Shown: one piece after another, positions 37,406 to 50,474 of the stretch
Layout of the letters: each line of letters begins with the position of its first letter
Position numbering within the stretch: position 1 is the stretch's first letter
DNA from: Lingula anatina
Lineage: Eukaryota > Animalia > Brachiopoda
Assembly: GCA_051362555.1 (NCBI GenBank)
Contig: CM120643.1
Location: 992,001-1,056,000, forward strand
Direction of reading: 5' to 3'
Length of the DNA: 64,000 bases
Notes under the pieces: model-generated
Told to the model about the DNA's origin: nothing
The model's database searches: none
What the model saw: only the letters and a program-made list of their open reading frames with translations
Made by a program: the position numbers and the translations under genes

Positions 37406-39521
37406 GATCATAGTTATTTCAATTACTTATAGAACTGATAATGTTTCAAATTCATGTAGCATTTCATTTAATGAGAGGAAGGCTTGTGAATTTTCAATTA
37501 TAGTAATTTATTGCAAAAAACAACAATAACCATTACAATGCAGTGGGAATTATGTTTATAAAGCGCAACACAGCTACTGTATTTCACAAGTGGAAATAAT
37601 CTTACACTAATGTATTTTTTTGTACACTCATTATACGCACACCCTAAACAATAGCGAATACCATTAAGAAATTTACCTAGTAAAATAATTACGCAAATAA
37701 ATACGAACCACATTTAAATACGACTTTCCAGAACAAAATCTAAGCAAAAGTACAATTATAGGAACGTCACAGATTCATAAATAGTCAGGCTTTTTCCATT
37801 ATTTATCTGACATCTGGTAAACATATGTAAAAACGAAAACGACTACTACTTATCCATCGACTTAATGTATTTGCAGAGAGTGGCCGCTCGTTAAATAACA
37901 TGCCAATTATGTGTGCCCTAATTGCCCGACCCCGTTTTAAAAATTACACTCATTAGGTATTTTTGTTGAGTAAGGCGATGAAGCCTAGCTTCCAAGGAAA
38001 GATGAAATATTGTCACCAAAACCCCTACAAAATGCGTAGGCTAAAGAAATAAAATAACATTAAAAATATGGAAAAATTAAAAACAAGAGAAACGCAACAC
38101 ATTATGTACCTGAAATATCCGACTAACTTAAAGTATTTAATCAAAATCAAATAAATGCTGCTCAAATTCTAAGAGAAAAATGTACTTTCAGAATAAATCT
38201 GTAGAAAATACAGCTATTTATTTCTTGAGGTGTGTTAAACGTTCATCTTATTTAGCGTGATTCGTGAAGCACCCCATTCACGCGACTTGTGAATGCAATT
38301 GTTTATTCTCCGCCCTTCGTGAAACGAAGACATTATACCCGGTGATACGTGATTTTCAGGATATTTTTAAAATGCCTACTATCAGTGAGATAATAATACA
38401 CTGTAATTTGTGTATTGATGATTTAGCTTCCCGCGTACTGTGGTCATTCCCCTCCCGAATTGGACTTTCAAGACTGGGCCTGAATTAAAACATATCAGTT
38501 TACTTGGGATCACAGCAAAATAATATACAAATATATGTTCAAATATAAGAAGTACTGATCTCATTGTAATAACAATATATATAAAAACAGTAAGTAAAAA
38601 TCAATCACCGCTAAGGAGATATATTAACATTTTTCATGTTGAATACTGTGATATTATCAAATCTACAACTTTGGACTCTAATCGTCCTTGCGTATAAATT
38701 ATTTTCCACACATGAGCATTTCTTTAGCCTGGCAGACCCCCTCGTCAGATATTTCTGCCGTTGCCCCTTTCAACGTCTTCCCCTTGTTCAGTGCTGCTAT
38801 CGCCCTTTCCTTTTTTCCAGTGCGGTGTCCTTTTTAACGGTTCCTGTGAAGATATAACGAAATGATATCAAAATATAATGTGTAATAACGTATTAAACAT
38901 AACTGGGTAAAGGGAACAGCATGTCTGACTAAAAAAATTTAGACAAAGTATCAGGATTGAGAATTACAAGAATGCATGTAGCCTACCATTACAACAGACA
39001 TGGAGAATGTAATAAAATCAAAGACTTGGTAATTTATCAACACACATTGATAATCAATTATTAAAAATGAAAATAAATGAATATTATGAAAATAACAAAA
39101 GGAATAAAACCACTTACTGTCTTCATCCTCTCGTTTTTCCTGTACATATACTTTGTACTCGGTCTCTGTGGCTATCTTCACACCACACCACATCCTCCCC
39201 TTTGTAGTTGCGATTTAATATTCGTTGTTTAGGGGTGGTCGGCTCATGTCTTAGTTAAACTAACTCTTATCAAAATAACACGATCCAGGACTGGGCCCCT
39301 GGGGACGTGTGTTTTGACAGCGCCCCTGGTTAAAAGCTTTGAGATTGTTTTTGGGACGTTAGAGTTTAGATTGAAGTAAAAAAGTTCCTTAGATGCGTTA
39401 TCACATGCTTGTGAAGAGATGACAACGGTGATAGAACGTGTCCGTCTTATAATTCTGATTCAAATTATGTTAGATAACTATTTATTGCCGTATTCAATAT
39501 TATCGGCTGTTGTTTCACTTA

Positions 39522-39778
39522 GGCTTCGTTCACATGCAATGTCTATTTTCTAAATTCTATTTTCTATTTGCGGTATGTCTTATGATCACTGTCTGTGGCC
39601 TGAATATCCCGCGGCGTAATTACTGGCAGCGCGAGCCAGTTACTATAAGTTACTATTAGTAACTGGCTCGCGCTGCCAGTAATTACGCGGCGGGATATTC
39701 AGGGCACAGACCGTGATCATAAGATAGCGCAAATAGAAAATAGAAAATAGAAAATAGACATTGCATGTGAACGAAGCC
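39522..39778. mobile_element. Palindromic PIF/Harbinger-type MITE
   Basis: TTA|GGCTTCGTTCACATGCAATGTCTATTTTC...GCATGTGAACGAAGCC|TTA; ~125-bp arms, short loop, TTA TSD. Confidence 0.85.
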
Positions 39779-41554
39779 TTAAGTATGATGTGAGAGAGGT
39801 GTCTCGCCTCTGTATGTGTTTGACCTGAAGGGCCGACTGTACGAGATACACACAGTGCGGCTGGGGAAACGAAAAAAAAGGGGGGGGGGGGTTGGACTGG
39901 TTGCAGAAAGCGCTTTTCGGTTAACAAGTGACCTTCATCAGCTGCAGAGTCCTGAAAAAGAGAGGGGGGGGGGGGGGGGACTGTGCTTAAACAAAGTAGT
40001 GAGAAACCAAAACACTTGGATTAAGCTATTAGGTTTAAGCCTTCATCACCGCGGTTGGAGAGAGGTTACATAAAAGATTAAATAGCTTATTGGCCACCAT
40101 ACTGCTTGTTACACTGACCTCAGCTCATGAGCCATCTCTCGACCATCGTGTTTCAATGGTACTTCATGTGAAAAATGTGTTAATTACTGGTAGCAATCCC
40201 CATACCAACACAACCGAATCCGGCTGTCATCTAAAGCAGGCCTGTCCTTCTCTGTCAAAGCCCAGAACTTATAAACAAAACAGCCGTTTTTGACTTGCAG
40301 CGATTTACTTATTTTCATGTGAAAAATGAATTTCTATGAAGAAATCAGTATATTGCGATATGCTACATTTTCATTAGAAGAAACATTGTAAAAGTGACAC
40401 ACGATGCACGTTTAATGTGCAGTGATTCTTCACTTACGTGGTTTAACCACCCCCTTCTCTTCGTCACCCACTATGAGCAAGATATCATCATCAATAGAAA
40501 AGTACTCCTGTTATATACGTATTACGGCACATCATACTGATGATGTTTGCTATATATCAACATATTTATCGCTGCTTAACCTTGCAAAATAACAATGGTC
40601 TTATAGTTATTCAGTTTTTCAAGCAAGGTTTTTTTTAACAGCTAGTTTAGAACTAATGGTTTACTAATGGTTCTAGACATGGTCTATCGAGAGAAATCTT
40701 ATCGTGGGATGTACTACGATCAGTTGTGGGGCAAGACTTATTCATCAAATAAAAAAAAAAATTCTGATGCATCTCCATTCAACATTGGTATTTAAGTATT
40801 TTTGTTTTCGTCTTTTAGCTGGATGAAATATTGAAGGTGACCGTGACGTACATTGTTGTTAGTCGGGCTTTGTTGAAATTTCCCCGGCCACCAGCGCATA
40901 GAATTACACATCTTTATCCTTTTTTGTTTGTTCTCTGCTCAGTGTTGATTAAATATTAGAACGTTTAACGGTCACCCGCTGGTTCTTCCAACTCCCTTAT
41001 TAATTAAAGATTGGTTGCACCACTGCACACGCTGATTCAATGCACAAGCAATACGTCCATCAGTGTAATAAGCTTAAGATATATTTATACTGCCGCAGTC
41101 GAAATCGCGATAGACTAAGGAATCTTTATTAATACACTTTATTAATTGAAAAAATAAAAAAATAAAAATACACTGACTGTGTATCATGATTTCAGTGAAA
41201 TGATTTTTACTCCGGAGACACCTTAAAACGTGCCCTATAAAATCCAGATTGTAAGCGCAAGTGTGATTAACAATTTCTGTAGTACAAGCGACAAGTTAAA
41301 TGCTAGTCAGTTATGTTGCTGCAACCAGAGTTGCATATCCAAGGCCACGGCCAAACTTTTAATAATCAAACAGCATGGCCTTTGACCAAGTCTTATTCAT
41401 TATAATTCATTGCAATTTTATGGAAATAATGATCATGCTTTAAAAATAGACTTTGATATCGCTTCTAAGCAATCTGTATTAATTTAAAATGGTTTTTGAG
41501 ACGACTGTGAATTGGACTGGATTTGATAGATCAAATAAAACTTTTAGGGCTAAA

Positions 41555-41679
41555 TCAGCAAAGAGAAATGAAATGATGAATAACAAAATATGATAAGCCC
41601 TCGGGGGAAGCTTCCTCAGGAGAGATGTTCTTATGATCGGGATGATCACGCCTTTCGACAATATATACATGTAGCGCAC
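41555..41679 (-). CDS. Candidate alternative terminal exon (GALHVYIVERRDHPDHKNISPEEASPEGLSYFVIHHFISLC*)
   Basis: tttattatcttag| acceptor, phase 1 fits exon 41965-41794; no homology recognised. Confidence 0.3.
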
Positions 41680-41793
41680 CTAAGATAATAAAATGAAATT
41701 TGAAAGGAATTAACAATATAAATCTTTCAGTTCCATTGAAATCTCATGTTCTTAAATGTCAGTCACAATCCGATAACGACCGTCACATAATAC

Positions 41794-41965
41794 CAAGGCA
41801 GGACCCCTGCGGAAAAACGTTGTTCAGTCGCGAAGAAAGACGAACGAGATTACGCCTGTTGAAAGGCCTTGTAAAAGAGAAAGGGGTACTCTTGCGCGGA
41901 AAAACGTCATTCAGTCTCGCGTTGTAAAGGCCAGCTTGCACTGTTCCGACGTCATTCCGCGGAGG
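41794..41965 (-). CDS. Candidate alternative exon (PPRNDVG...RLNDVFP...RLNNVFPQGSCL)
   Basis: atttttcag| acceptor, open in phase 0 for 172 nt, G|gtatta donor, locally GC-rich. Confidence 0.35.
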
Positions 41966-42547
41966 CTGAAAAATCGGAAATATTTGTTTTTGTGCTGTGA
42001 TAAAGGTTTATATAAACTACAGAAAAGTAGAAAATATCCAGCAGTGGCGCAAGGGCAATCCAACACCAGCGTGTAGCAGGGGAAGCCTGACAGTGTGATC
42101 ACACTATATGAAAGTACGGTGAATTAACAGCCTAAGACATCGGTTAATAAGGGAAATAACTGATACCAAATTAAACTAGCGGTTTGCTAGCAACACTTAA
42201 AATCTCATCAGCTGCTCTGAATTTATTGTCGGCCATCTTTGACTTTGCTGGTTTCCAGTACAAACGGACACTTTTTCCAAGTCAGAAACAAACCGAAACT
42301 AAAAAATCAGGTACTTAACTGCAAGAATCAATCGTTTTTTTTTTTTTTCCTAAACGGAGTCTGGGATACAGAACACCAAATTAAATAAAGCTTAAAGAGG
42401 TATTAAATCTTATTAAAACTAAACACATGTATAATTTAGGCATATATATCTATGAGGCCATTTTCACTGCCAGGCTCTCATTTACATCTGTAAGTTGCTT
42501 GTAATGTACCTGTCTTAAATTCAGACAATTGGTTTATTAAAACAAAC

Positions 42548-42698
42548 CTCGTTTGGTCGTCCGCCGCTTTCCATTTTCTTTCGATGGAGTTCCAGTCTTT
42601 CCAACGCGTCGTCTAGAGTTTCGATACCTTCCATTGAAACGTGCATCTCTTCCATCAGGTCCATGGCTCCACTGAGATCTTCCACCTGTTCAATATCC
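42548..42698 (-). CDS. Exon with a short helical motif (RDIEQVEDLSGAMDLMEEMHVSMEGIETLDDALERLELHRKK...PNE)
   Basis: gtctag| acceptor, GAG|gtttgt donor, 151 nt, phase 2-0. Confidence 0.75.
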
Positions 42699-42796
42699 CT
42701 AGACGTACACAGAAAATAATATCTAAGTGAATCAAAGAAGGTTTTGTGCCTATTTTCACACAAAAAACTATACTCTTTATGAAATTCATTAAATAC

Positions 42797-42905
42797 CTTA
42801 TAACGTTACGTAAAGGTTTGTCCTGCATATGCTCACTACTCCTAGGAGTGCATGTCGCTGTTTCTTCAGCAAAATCAGCCTCTGTTGCTTCAGCTTTTCT
42901 CTCTT
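42797..42905 (-). CDS. Acidic linker exon (KERKAEATEADFAEE...KPLRNVI)
   Basis: ttttactag| acceptor, AG|gtattt donor, 109 nt, phase 1-2, bridges both neighbours in frame. Confidence 0.72.
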
Positions 42906-43162
42906 CTAGTAAAACAATAAAAAACATAGGTTTGAATACAACAGCTTCCGTAATATTCATTTTCTTTAAAAATTGATTCATGATCTGAAATGTAATAACA
43001 TATAACTTAATTAATCGTATTTCAAAATAGGGCAAAAGGCTGTCGGTAAACAAACAAGTAACCAACGTTTTGTTAATTTCTACATACACTGTTTATACTT
43101 TCGTAATGTTCTATTGAGGTCCAAAAGCTGACTGTCAAACAACATGCAGTTTTTTTACTTAC

Positions 43163-43672
43163 TTGCTTCTGATACCACCTGCTCATGTAATGATTCTTCT
43201 TGTATTACCTCTTGTCCTTGGGTGTCATCACTTATGCTCACTCTTGCCATAGCATCCATGGCGCCAGGAACCTCATCGTCGCTGCTTAATTTCCGACGTG
43301 CTTCAATGTAGGCATCCTCTGATATATCGCATGTGATATAGAACTCCACATGATGCTCCCTCGAGACCTCAAGAATTTTGTCCGACAGTAAGATGTCAGA
43401 GAGAGTTGCAGTAACAGTCCCATCCTTATACTTTGACCAGAAATATGTCAAGTCTTCCAATGAGTAGAACCTGACAGTAAGTAGAATACTCCCTGTTCTT
43501 ATAGGTCCAACAAGTTCAGCTTTGAACTGAAGCAAATCATCAAAAATGCGTTTTCGTTTCCTGGGATTTTGTAAAACGTCCTCTGTAAGTGCTCTATCCG
43601 CTATTTGAAGTACAAATTCATTTGCCCGTGTATCTCTTTCAATTTTCTGAAGTTCCAATTTTAGTTGAAGCT
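43163..43672 (-). CDS. TRADD-N-like domain exon
   Basis: tattacag| acceptor, A|gtaagt donor, 510 nt, phase 1-1; GSILLTVRFYSLEDLTYFWSKYKDGTVTATLSDILL...ISEDAYIEARRKL matches the pattern I recall for invertebrate TRADD-like N-terminal domains. Confidence 0.8.
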
Positions 43673-45084
43673 CTGTAATACAATAATGTTTCACTGTTAT
43701 ATCTTCTCGCGAGTGAGACTTACTTTTACAAATCAAACAGTGCTCCAAAAATGTACTGCGTTTTTTGAGTAGAATGAAAAATGACATCTGTAAATAGTTA
43801 AATGTTGGTAGGCGCTAATGTGTGACAGCCTAAGTTAACCACCATGTGCAAAGGATAAACGATTTTTCTTGCAGCTCAACCCGAAACGTTTATAAAACTG
43901 TTAAGAGATATAAGTGGGTGTCTTATTGAAATAAGACTCCCACAGGTATGGTGCATTTTGTGATAATATAATGGTTACAGTATATTTAATTTAAGAGTAA
44001 AAATAATATTTTTTTGCAACAAATTAAGTTCTAAGGTAGAGAAAAAAACACTAATTAAACAGTTACGACTTGTGTTTTTGAAATCTCTTAAGAGATATTA
44101 ACTTTACCAACAAGAATATACCTTTTATTATATACTGCTCAAAAAAAGAAAGGAAATAAACGATGTTTCAACAATGTCCCCTGTTATTAAATTTTGGCAA
44201 TCCCAAATCAATGTCATCATTCTGTATCGTAATCATTTTTAGACTCAAAGCACGCTGACAGAGACATTCACAAGCAATTTCAATAACTTCATGTAATAAC
44301 TTTTTACTGTGGTCTGTAACTCCTGTCTGTAAAGTCTAAAGAGGCATAGTAGGCTTGTTGACTATTCTGAATAAGAAGCCATTTATTAAAATTTTCATGA
44401 AGCCATTGTCTTGGTTTGATACTAAAGAGTGTGATTCTCCACATATCGTTAGAATGTAACTGAGCAAGCGACAAGTGAACATTAAATGATTGAAACTGGT
44501 AATTGTTGTCAGCATTGGATTTCTTCATAGCAATTATTTACACGTAAATATTTTGACCAATAATCTGGGAGTGAGTAAAAGTTTACAACGGTGTCGTATT
44601 TCGAGCCTGTTTCAAACATTGATTTATAGCCAAATTTTGCACGATTTCGGAAACTGTGATAAAACTAATTTTATGGTAAATTGTCTGCCGTTTTGAACAA
44701 GGCAGCAAAGCTGTCAATTGTGCAGACAAAAAAAAGATGCAGAAAAAATGTCATTTTGTCACTTTTTATGCAATAATAATAATGCTTATATCAGCACAGT
44801 CAATCAACAATGAATTTTAATCATGCACAAAAGGTAACATGGTCAATAAGATTACAGTTTCAAGACCATGGAAATTCAAATTCACATAATGAAAATCCCA
44901 ATATGTCAAAAATGTTGACAGTACGTAATATGATATAACATAATGTTTAAAGACATAAAGACCAATACCAATGTTAATGTGGATATACAGGAAATGCCCA
45001 GAGCTTTAGATACATGGGAATTATACGTCGCAAATTGAAAATGCCAGTGTTTGCAAAAAAAAAAAAAAAAAAAGAAAAAGAAAA

Positions 45085-47162
45085 CATATGTGTCCATCAG
45101 CAATGTGATATGTTTTATCAGACCCTGCATAACTTAATAAAAACCCACTTCCCCACCAAGGTTGTGACAAGGAGTACACATGACAAGCCTTGGGTGACAG
45201 ATGAGTTTTGTGACCTAACCATCCAACGCCAGCGTGCCTTTCAACTGAAGGACACTGAATTTAGAAACCTTTGAAACAAAGTAAACCAAGAACGCAAACG
45301 GTTATAAATAGGTTACTACAGAACTCAAATTGAAGAGGCAAAATCGTCAGATCCAGGGAAAGGTATCAATAACATTATGGGTAAATCTAAAAACAGTGCC
45401 TCTTTGACCACCATGGCCAACCATCTCCATGAGGGGATATGGAAGCACTTTCACCAAAACATCAACAACTTCTTCCAGTCCATTACTTCTCACCTAGACC
45501 CCTTAGATGCGATGGACTTCCATGATGTTAACATTCCCTCACAGTACCAGCTCACAGTAGAACAAGTGGAAAGATCTCTCATTACTATTAACACAAACAA
45601 GGCATCCGGCCCTGATAATATACCGAACTGGATTCTCAAAGACTTTTCTGGAGTTCTCGGTGCACCAGTATGTGCAATCTGGAACAGTACCATACGACAA
45701 GGAAAGCTACCAACAATCTGGAAATGTGCCAATGTAGTGCCACTGCCTAAAATTAAACCAGCACTGAGCGTGGAAAATGATTTAAGACCTGTTTCCCTAA
45801 CACCTATCCTCAGCAAGCATTCATTTGTACATGGCTGTGGGAGATACTAGGACCACATATTAAGAAAGATCAGTTTGGGAAGGTTAAAGGTTCCTCCACC
45901 ACAATGGCCTTAATCGAGCTATTTGACACCTGGGCCAAGGCCAGTGACACTCATGGGGCACAGACTCGGGTTTTATTACTAGATTTTAGAAAACCGTTTG
46001 ATTTAATAGACTACAATATATTGCTAGGCAAGCTCTGCAGTCACGGAGTACCTCCAGTATTACTCAGATGGGTCCATGCCTTTTTACTAAATAGACAACA
46101 ACGGATCAAGTGTGGATCAGTAATGTCACAATGGTGCCATATTCATGGGGGCGTGCCCCAGGGTACAAAATTAAGACCTCTCCTTTTCATTACAATGATA
46201 AATGACATGGAATGTTTTTTTACCAGCAGTAAAGTATGTGGATGACACTACAGTTTATGAGACAGTTCACCAACCATCTCCAAGGGAAATAGAACAAGGT
46301 GCCAAACCTACACAATCTAAACTTCCCATAGCAGCCTCAAACCTATATGAATGGACAAAACTAAATAACATGCTAATTAATCCTAAAAAAACTGTTGAAC
46401 TGCTTATCTGTTTCAGTAAAAACCCAACTTTACCTGATAACCTAATAACTGATGATATAAAAATCGAACAAGTTTCACATGCCAAACTACTGGGAGTTCA
46501 TATCAGTTCTAATTTGAAATGGGACTTACATATAGAAAAAATTCTCTCAAAAGCTGCATCCAGACTGTATTTCTTATGCATGGTCAAACACGCTGGGGTG
46601 CCGAGATATGACCTCTTACAAATTTATAAAAGCAATGTTAGCCCAACACTTGAGTACGCTTGTCAACTATGGCATGCTGGAATTACCGCACAGCAATCTA
46701 AAGCCTTAGAGAACATCCAAAAAAGAGCTCTTCGTATTATATACCCTGGACTCACTTACAACGAAGCAATGGACATCAATGAATTGCCTACCTTGAAATC
46801 TTGGCGTACTGACTTGTGCAAAAAATTATTTAATGAGATAAAACTGTGTACACATAGATTAAACAATCTTTTTACCTAACACTAGAAAAGGACCTAAGGA
46901 ATGTTTATAGATATGTTTTACCAATATATCGGACAAAAAGATATAGGAACACTTTTATCCCATGCTGTTTATAAACATGTCAATGATCAAGGTCTATCCA
47001 TGAACTTTTAGCTTTTGAAAAGAACAACGAATTACCATTTTAACCTCATTATGGTTTTCATAATTTTGAATTTATCTTAAAGCTTTATACTTTTATACAT
47101 ATACATTCAATATATGTCCTATATATTGCAAAGAACACAATAAACCTTTATTATTATTATTA
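45085..47162 (+). mobile_element. 5'-truncated LINE (CR1/L2 group), frameshifted RT, (TTA)n tail
   Basis: KASGPDNIP, LRPVSLTP, LDFRKPFD, GVPQGT, YVDD, LEYACQLW; aataaac followed by ttattattattatta. Confidence 0.9.
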
Positions 47163-48364
47163 GTGTCTTGAGAATGCCAATATATAAGAAAAATTTATTT
47201 TTCACAAAAACCTGTATAACTTCCAGGAACACCAACCAGTCAGACTTGTATTCACGTCCTATGTTTTTTCCTGTAAATTTGAGAAGAGTTGGTGACATGT
47301 TTTTTTTTCCTTAATGGCAGTGCACAAACTAGGGTTTTCTTCAATTTTGATGCAATATTACATAATGCTTAAACAACATAGTCACCACCAATCTTAAATG
47401 ATGAACTGCAGGTAGCATGGATATTTAGAAAATTTGACTAGCAAAGATCTTTAAGTCCATGAAATTTCTAAGCTATACATTGAAAATACCATTATGTACA
47501 CCAGAGATAACTGTGCGAAAATGATTTTCTTTCCATTTTCAAAACCTTTTTTATATGAAACAAAATACTGTGGTTTTTAAACGATCAACTAAGAATATTG
47601 CTGAGATAGGAAAAACATTAATAGAACAATTTAAAATGTCCAATTTGATTCATTCTGAGATTCTGGACATAGTGAATAATTGAATCTGAAAAACTGCAAT
47701 GATTTCAGTTTATTTCCATTTTAACACTTTATTACACAATACACGATTAGAGGTTTACCATCATTTTTATATTATCAACTAACAATATTGTTTAGATGAA
47801 GAAAATGCCAATAACTTTCACGTATTTAATTAGTTCAAAAATGAAACTGTGTACATACCTAGGAATCCAATCTGAGGGATAACCATTTATATTAAAAAAT
47901 ACATCACTTCATCAAAACCAAGCCGATCAATGAGAGAACTGTTTCATTAGCTGTATGTATCAATTTAGATTATTGTTTTTTCTTTTATCAAGAGCTTATA
48001 AAATATGTGGGTATTACCTCCAATATTTCTGTGACTGTCAGTCACCATCGTCAAGGAGTAAATGACTAGGGTCATTTCACCTTGAATGAAAATTGCCCCT
48101 ACGCTATGACCTTAGACACCACCTACTTTCAGTACAAAGGAAAATTCTACCAACAGACCTATGGAGCAGCAATGGGCTTCCCCCTGTCACCAGTCATAGC
48201 TTATATCTTCAAGGAAGAATTTGAAATGAAAGCACTCCAAACAACACCCAAATCCATCCAAGTTCTGGGGCAGATATGTTGATGACACAGGAGTGGTATC
48301 GTAGAAGACGCATGTGCAGGTACTGTTTGAACACATTAATGCACAACACCAAAGCATACACTTC

Positions 48365-49496
48365 CATCCCCCGAAATGCACTGCATGACGTCACGCTTAG
48401 CCTACTGCGCATGCGTGCACCTTTAATGAGTTGCTAGATTGCCAAAAGAAAATGAATGGGTTCGCGATTCGTGGGTAATTCGTGATAATTGACAAACTAA
48501 CGGCCTGATGCCGATTGACAGCAACGCTGTGCTATGCTTCAAGCAACTCCTGACTAAATATCGCTAGGGTTTTAAAAAAAATTATGTTGTACACACGTAC
48601 TAAGAAGATTGCCGTGTATTGCCTAGCCTACCCTCAGCAAAAACGCACATATTTTCAGTAATAGTGATTTTAGACGGTAGATTCACTCAGAAACAAAGAC
48701 AAATTAATTCGTTGCCGATAGCACCAGTAGATAGCAGCACCATACAGTCTGATTAAAAACTTTCATGGCAATTGAAGAACTTTTACCACTGTACAATGGA
48801 GTCCAAAAAAGCACTTGGCACAAATGTGAAACTGCCCAGTGCAAGGCCAAGAATTCAACCAGTATTTTCAATCATATTATCAGATTCTACATAAATTGAC
48901 TGACAATATCACTACTCAGTATTTAAATAATCTCTTAATCCAAAATTCCTATCATCATTTAATAATAACGCAAAACTCTTCTTTCAGATTGCTATTTATT
49001 GTACATTTTAATGCTGCAACTGTTCCAAAATAATCTTGTAGTAAAAGAAAATGCAAATAAGAAGTGGAAGGCCAATTTTACCCACATTATTCAACTATTT
49101 GAATATAAAAATAATAAGATCACTTTTTAAAATAATCTTTCATGAACTCTTTCTTGAATAACATATTAAACAAAATAAATTGGTGCTAATGGCTTATTCT
49201 GGAATATATGTCCTCTGCACATTATCAGTACCTGACTTGGTACAGTATAGTTACTACTTGGATACATATTTAGATTTAATAATGTAACAATAAGAACAAC
49301 ATATATTACAATAAACTTCTCTGCACATGTCAGACGCTTGTTACCATGAACTAAAACTACTTGACAATGGGCTAAGCACTTATCACAGAGCCTGTGTGCG
49401 ATGCCATTGTTGTGCTGTGATTGGCTAGTTGAGTCACGTGAAGCCCTACTGTAGCGCCCTCGCGTATCGCGTGAATGCTGCGCATTTCTGGTCATG
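48365..49496. mobile_element. Non-coding DNA-transposon-like insertion that splits the Penelope RT
   Basis: Interrupts NAQHQSIHF|TIEEED; imperfect TIRs CATCCCCCGAAATGCACTGC and CATGACCAGAAATGCGCAGC (reverse complement of the right end). Confidence 0.6.
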
Positions 49497-50428
49497 CACA
49501 ATAGAAGAAGAAGATGGAGATGGTTCCCTGCCAATGCTAAATGTTAAGATGACCAAAGACAAAGAACGGATAAAAACTACAGTGTACAGGAAAGCCACGA
49601 ACACAGATCACTACTTACAGTGGTCGTCTCATCATCCAACCTCGCAAAAACTTAGTGTACCAGCTTCACTTTTCCACCGTGATATCCGATACAGAGGACA
49701 AAGAAATAGAAAGGAAGACAATTGAAAAAGACCTGTTAGCATGTGGATATCCAAAATGGGCACTAAAACAAGGGGAAAAAGAGGCAAGAACAGACATGAC
49801 AAAGAAAAGGAAGCAACGGGCCCCACTGAGAGGGAAAAGTATAAATTATACCATACTGCAAAGGCCTGTCGCCGGCTGTCGGAAAAAAACTTACTCGGAT
49901 TTACAAGAAATATAACATCAAACTCCACCATTAGCCAGGTCGGACGCTGAGACAAGTACTAGTAAAACCCAAAGATCCTATAACCCAAGGAGAGCAATGT
50001 GGTGTGACTTATTCGTTCAGATGTGAAACCTGCCAAGGGGAATACATTGGCGAGACAGGAAGACCATTAGCCACAAGAATGAAAGAACACAAAGACTCAG
50101 TGGCCAAAAACAACTGGAAATCAGCCCTTCTAGAACATACCTGTACCTGCAAATATCCAGGTCACCACATTGATTCTGACAGCTTGAAAGTAATAGACAG
50201 GGAAAAGCGGATATTCCAAAGAAAAAATAGCAGAAGCTGTACATATCAGGACCAAACAACCAGACCTGAACAGACAGGGGGGGGTATGATTTACCAGCTA
50301 TCTACCTGGCGGTGCTCCAAAGGGATGCACAGGAGCCCCAGGGGGAGGATGTAACAGTTACAACACAAGGCCAGTAATTAGGGGCTATTGACCTGGATTT
50401 TCATTCCAGGTGAATTGATCTAGTCATT

Positions 50429-50474
50429 TACTCCCTGATGATGTTGACTGACAGTCACAGAAATATTGGAGGTA
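50429..50474 (+). ncRNA. Minimal type I hammerhead ribozyme in the Penelope pseudo-LTR
   Basis: tactcc-CTGATGA-tgttgactgacagtcaca-GAAA-ta-TT-ggaggta: stem I, catalytic core, stem II and minimal stem III. Confidence 0.7.

Noticed and set aside
38700-39141. Candidate exons (22-nt EKREDED micro-exon and EPLKRTPHW...GRNI*) between the two gene halves
   Set aside because: All frames hit stops soon after the 38843 acceptor and no good donor follows; at best another unsupported terminal exon
44131-44160. Tc1-like terminus tatactgctcaaaaaaagaaagg
   Set aside because: No matching inverted end found
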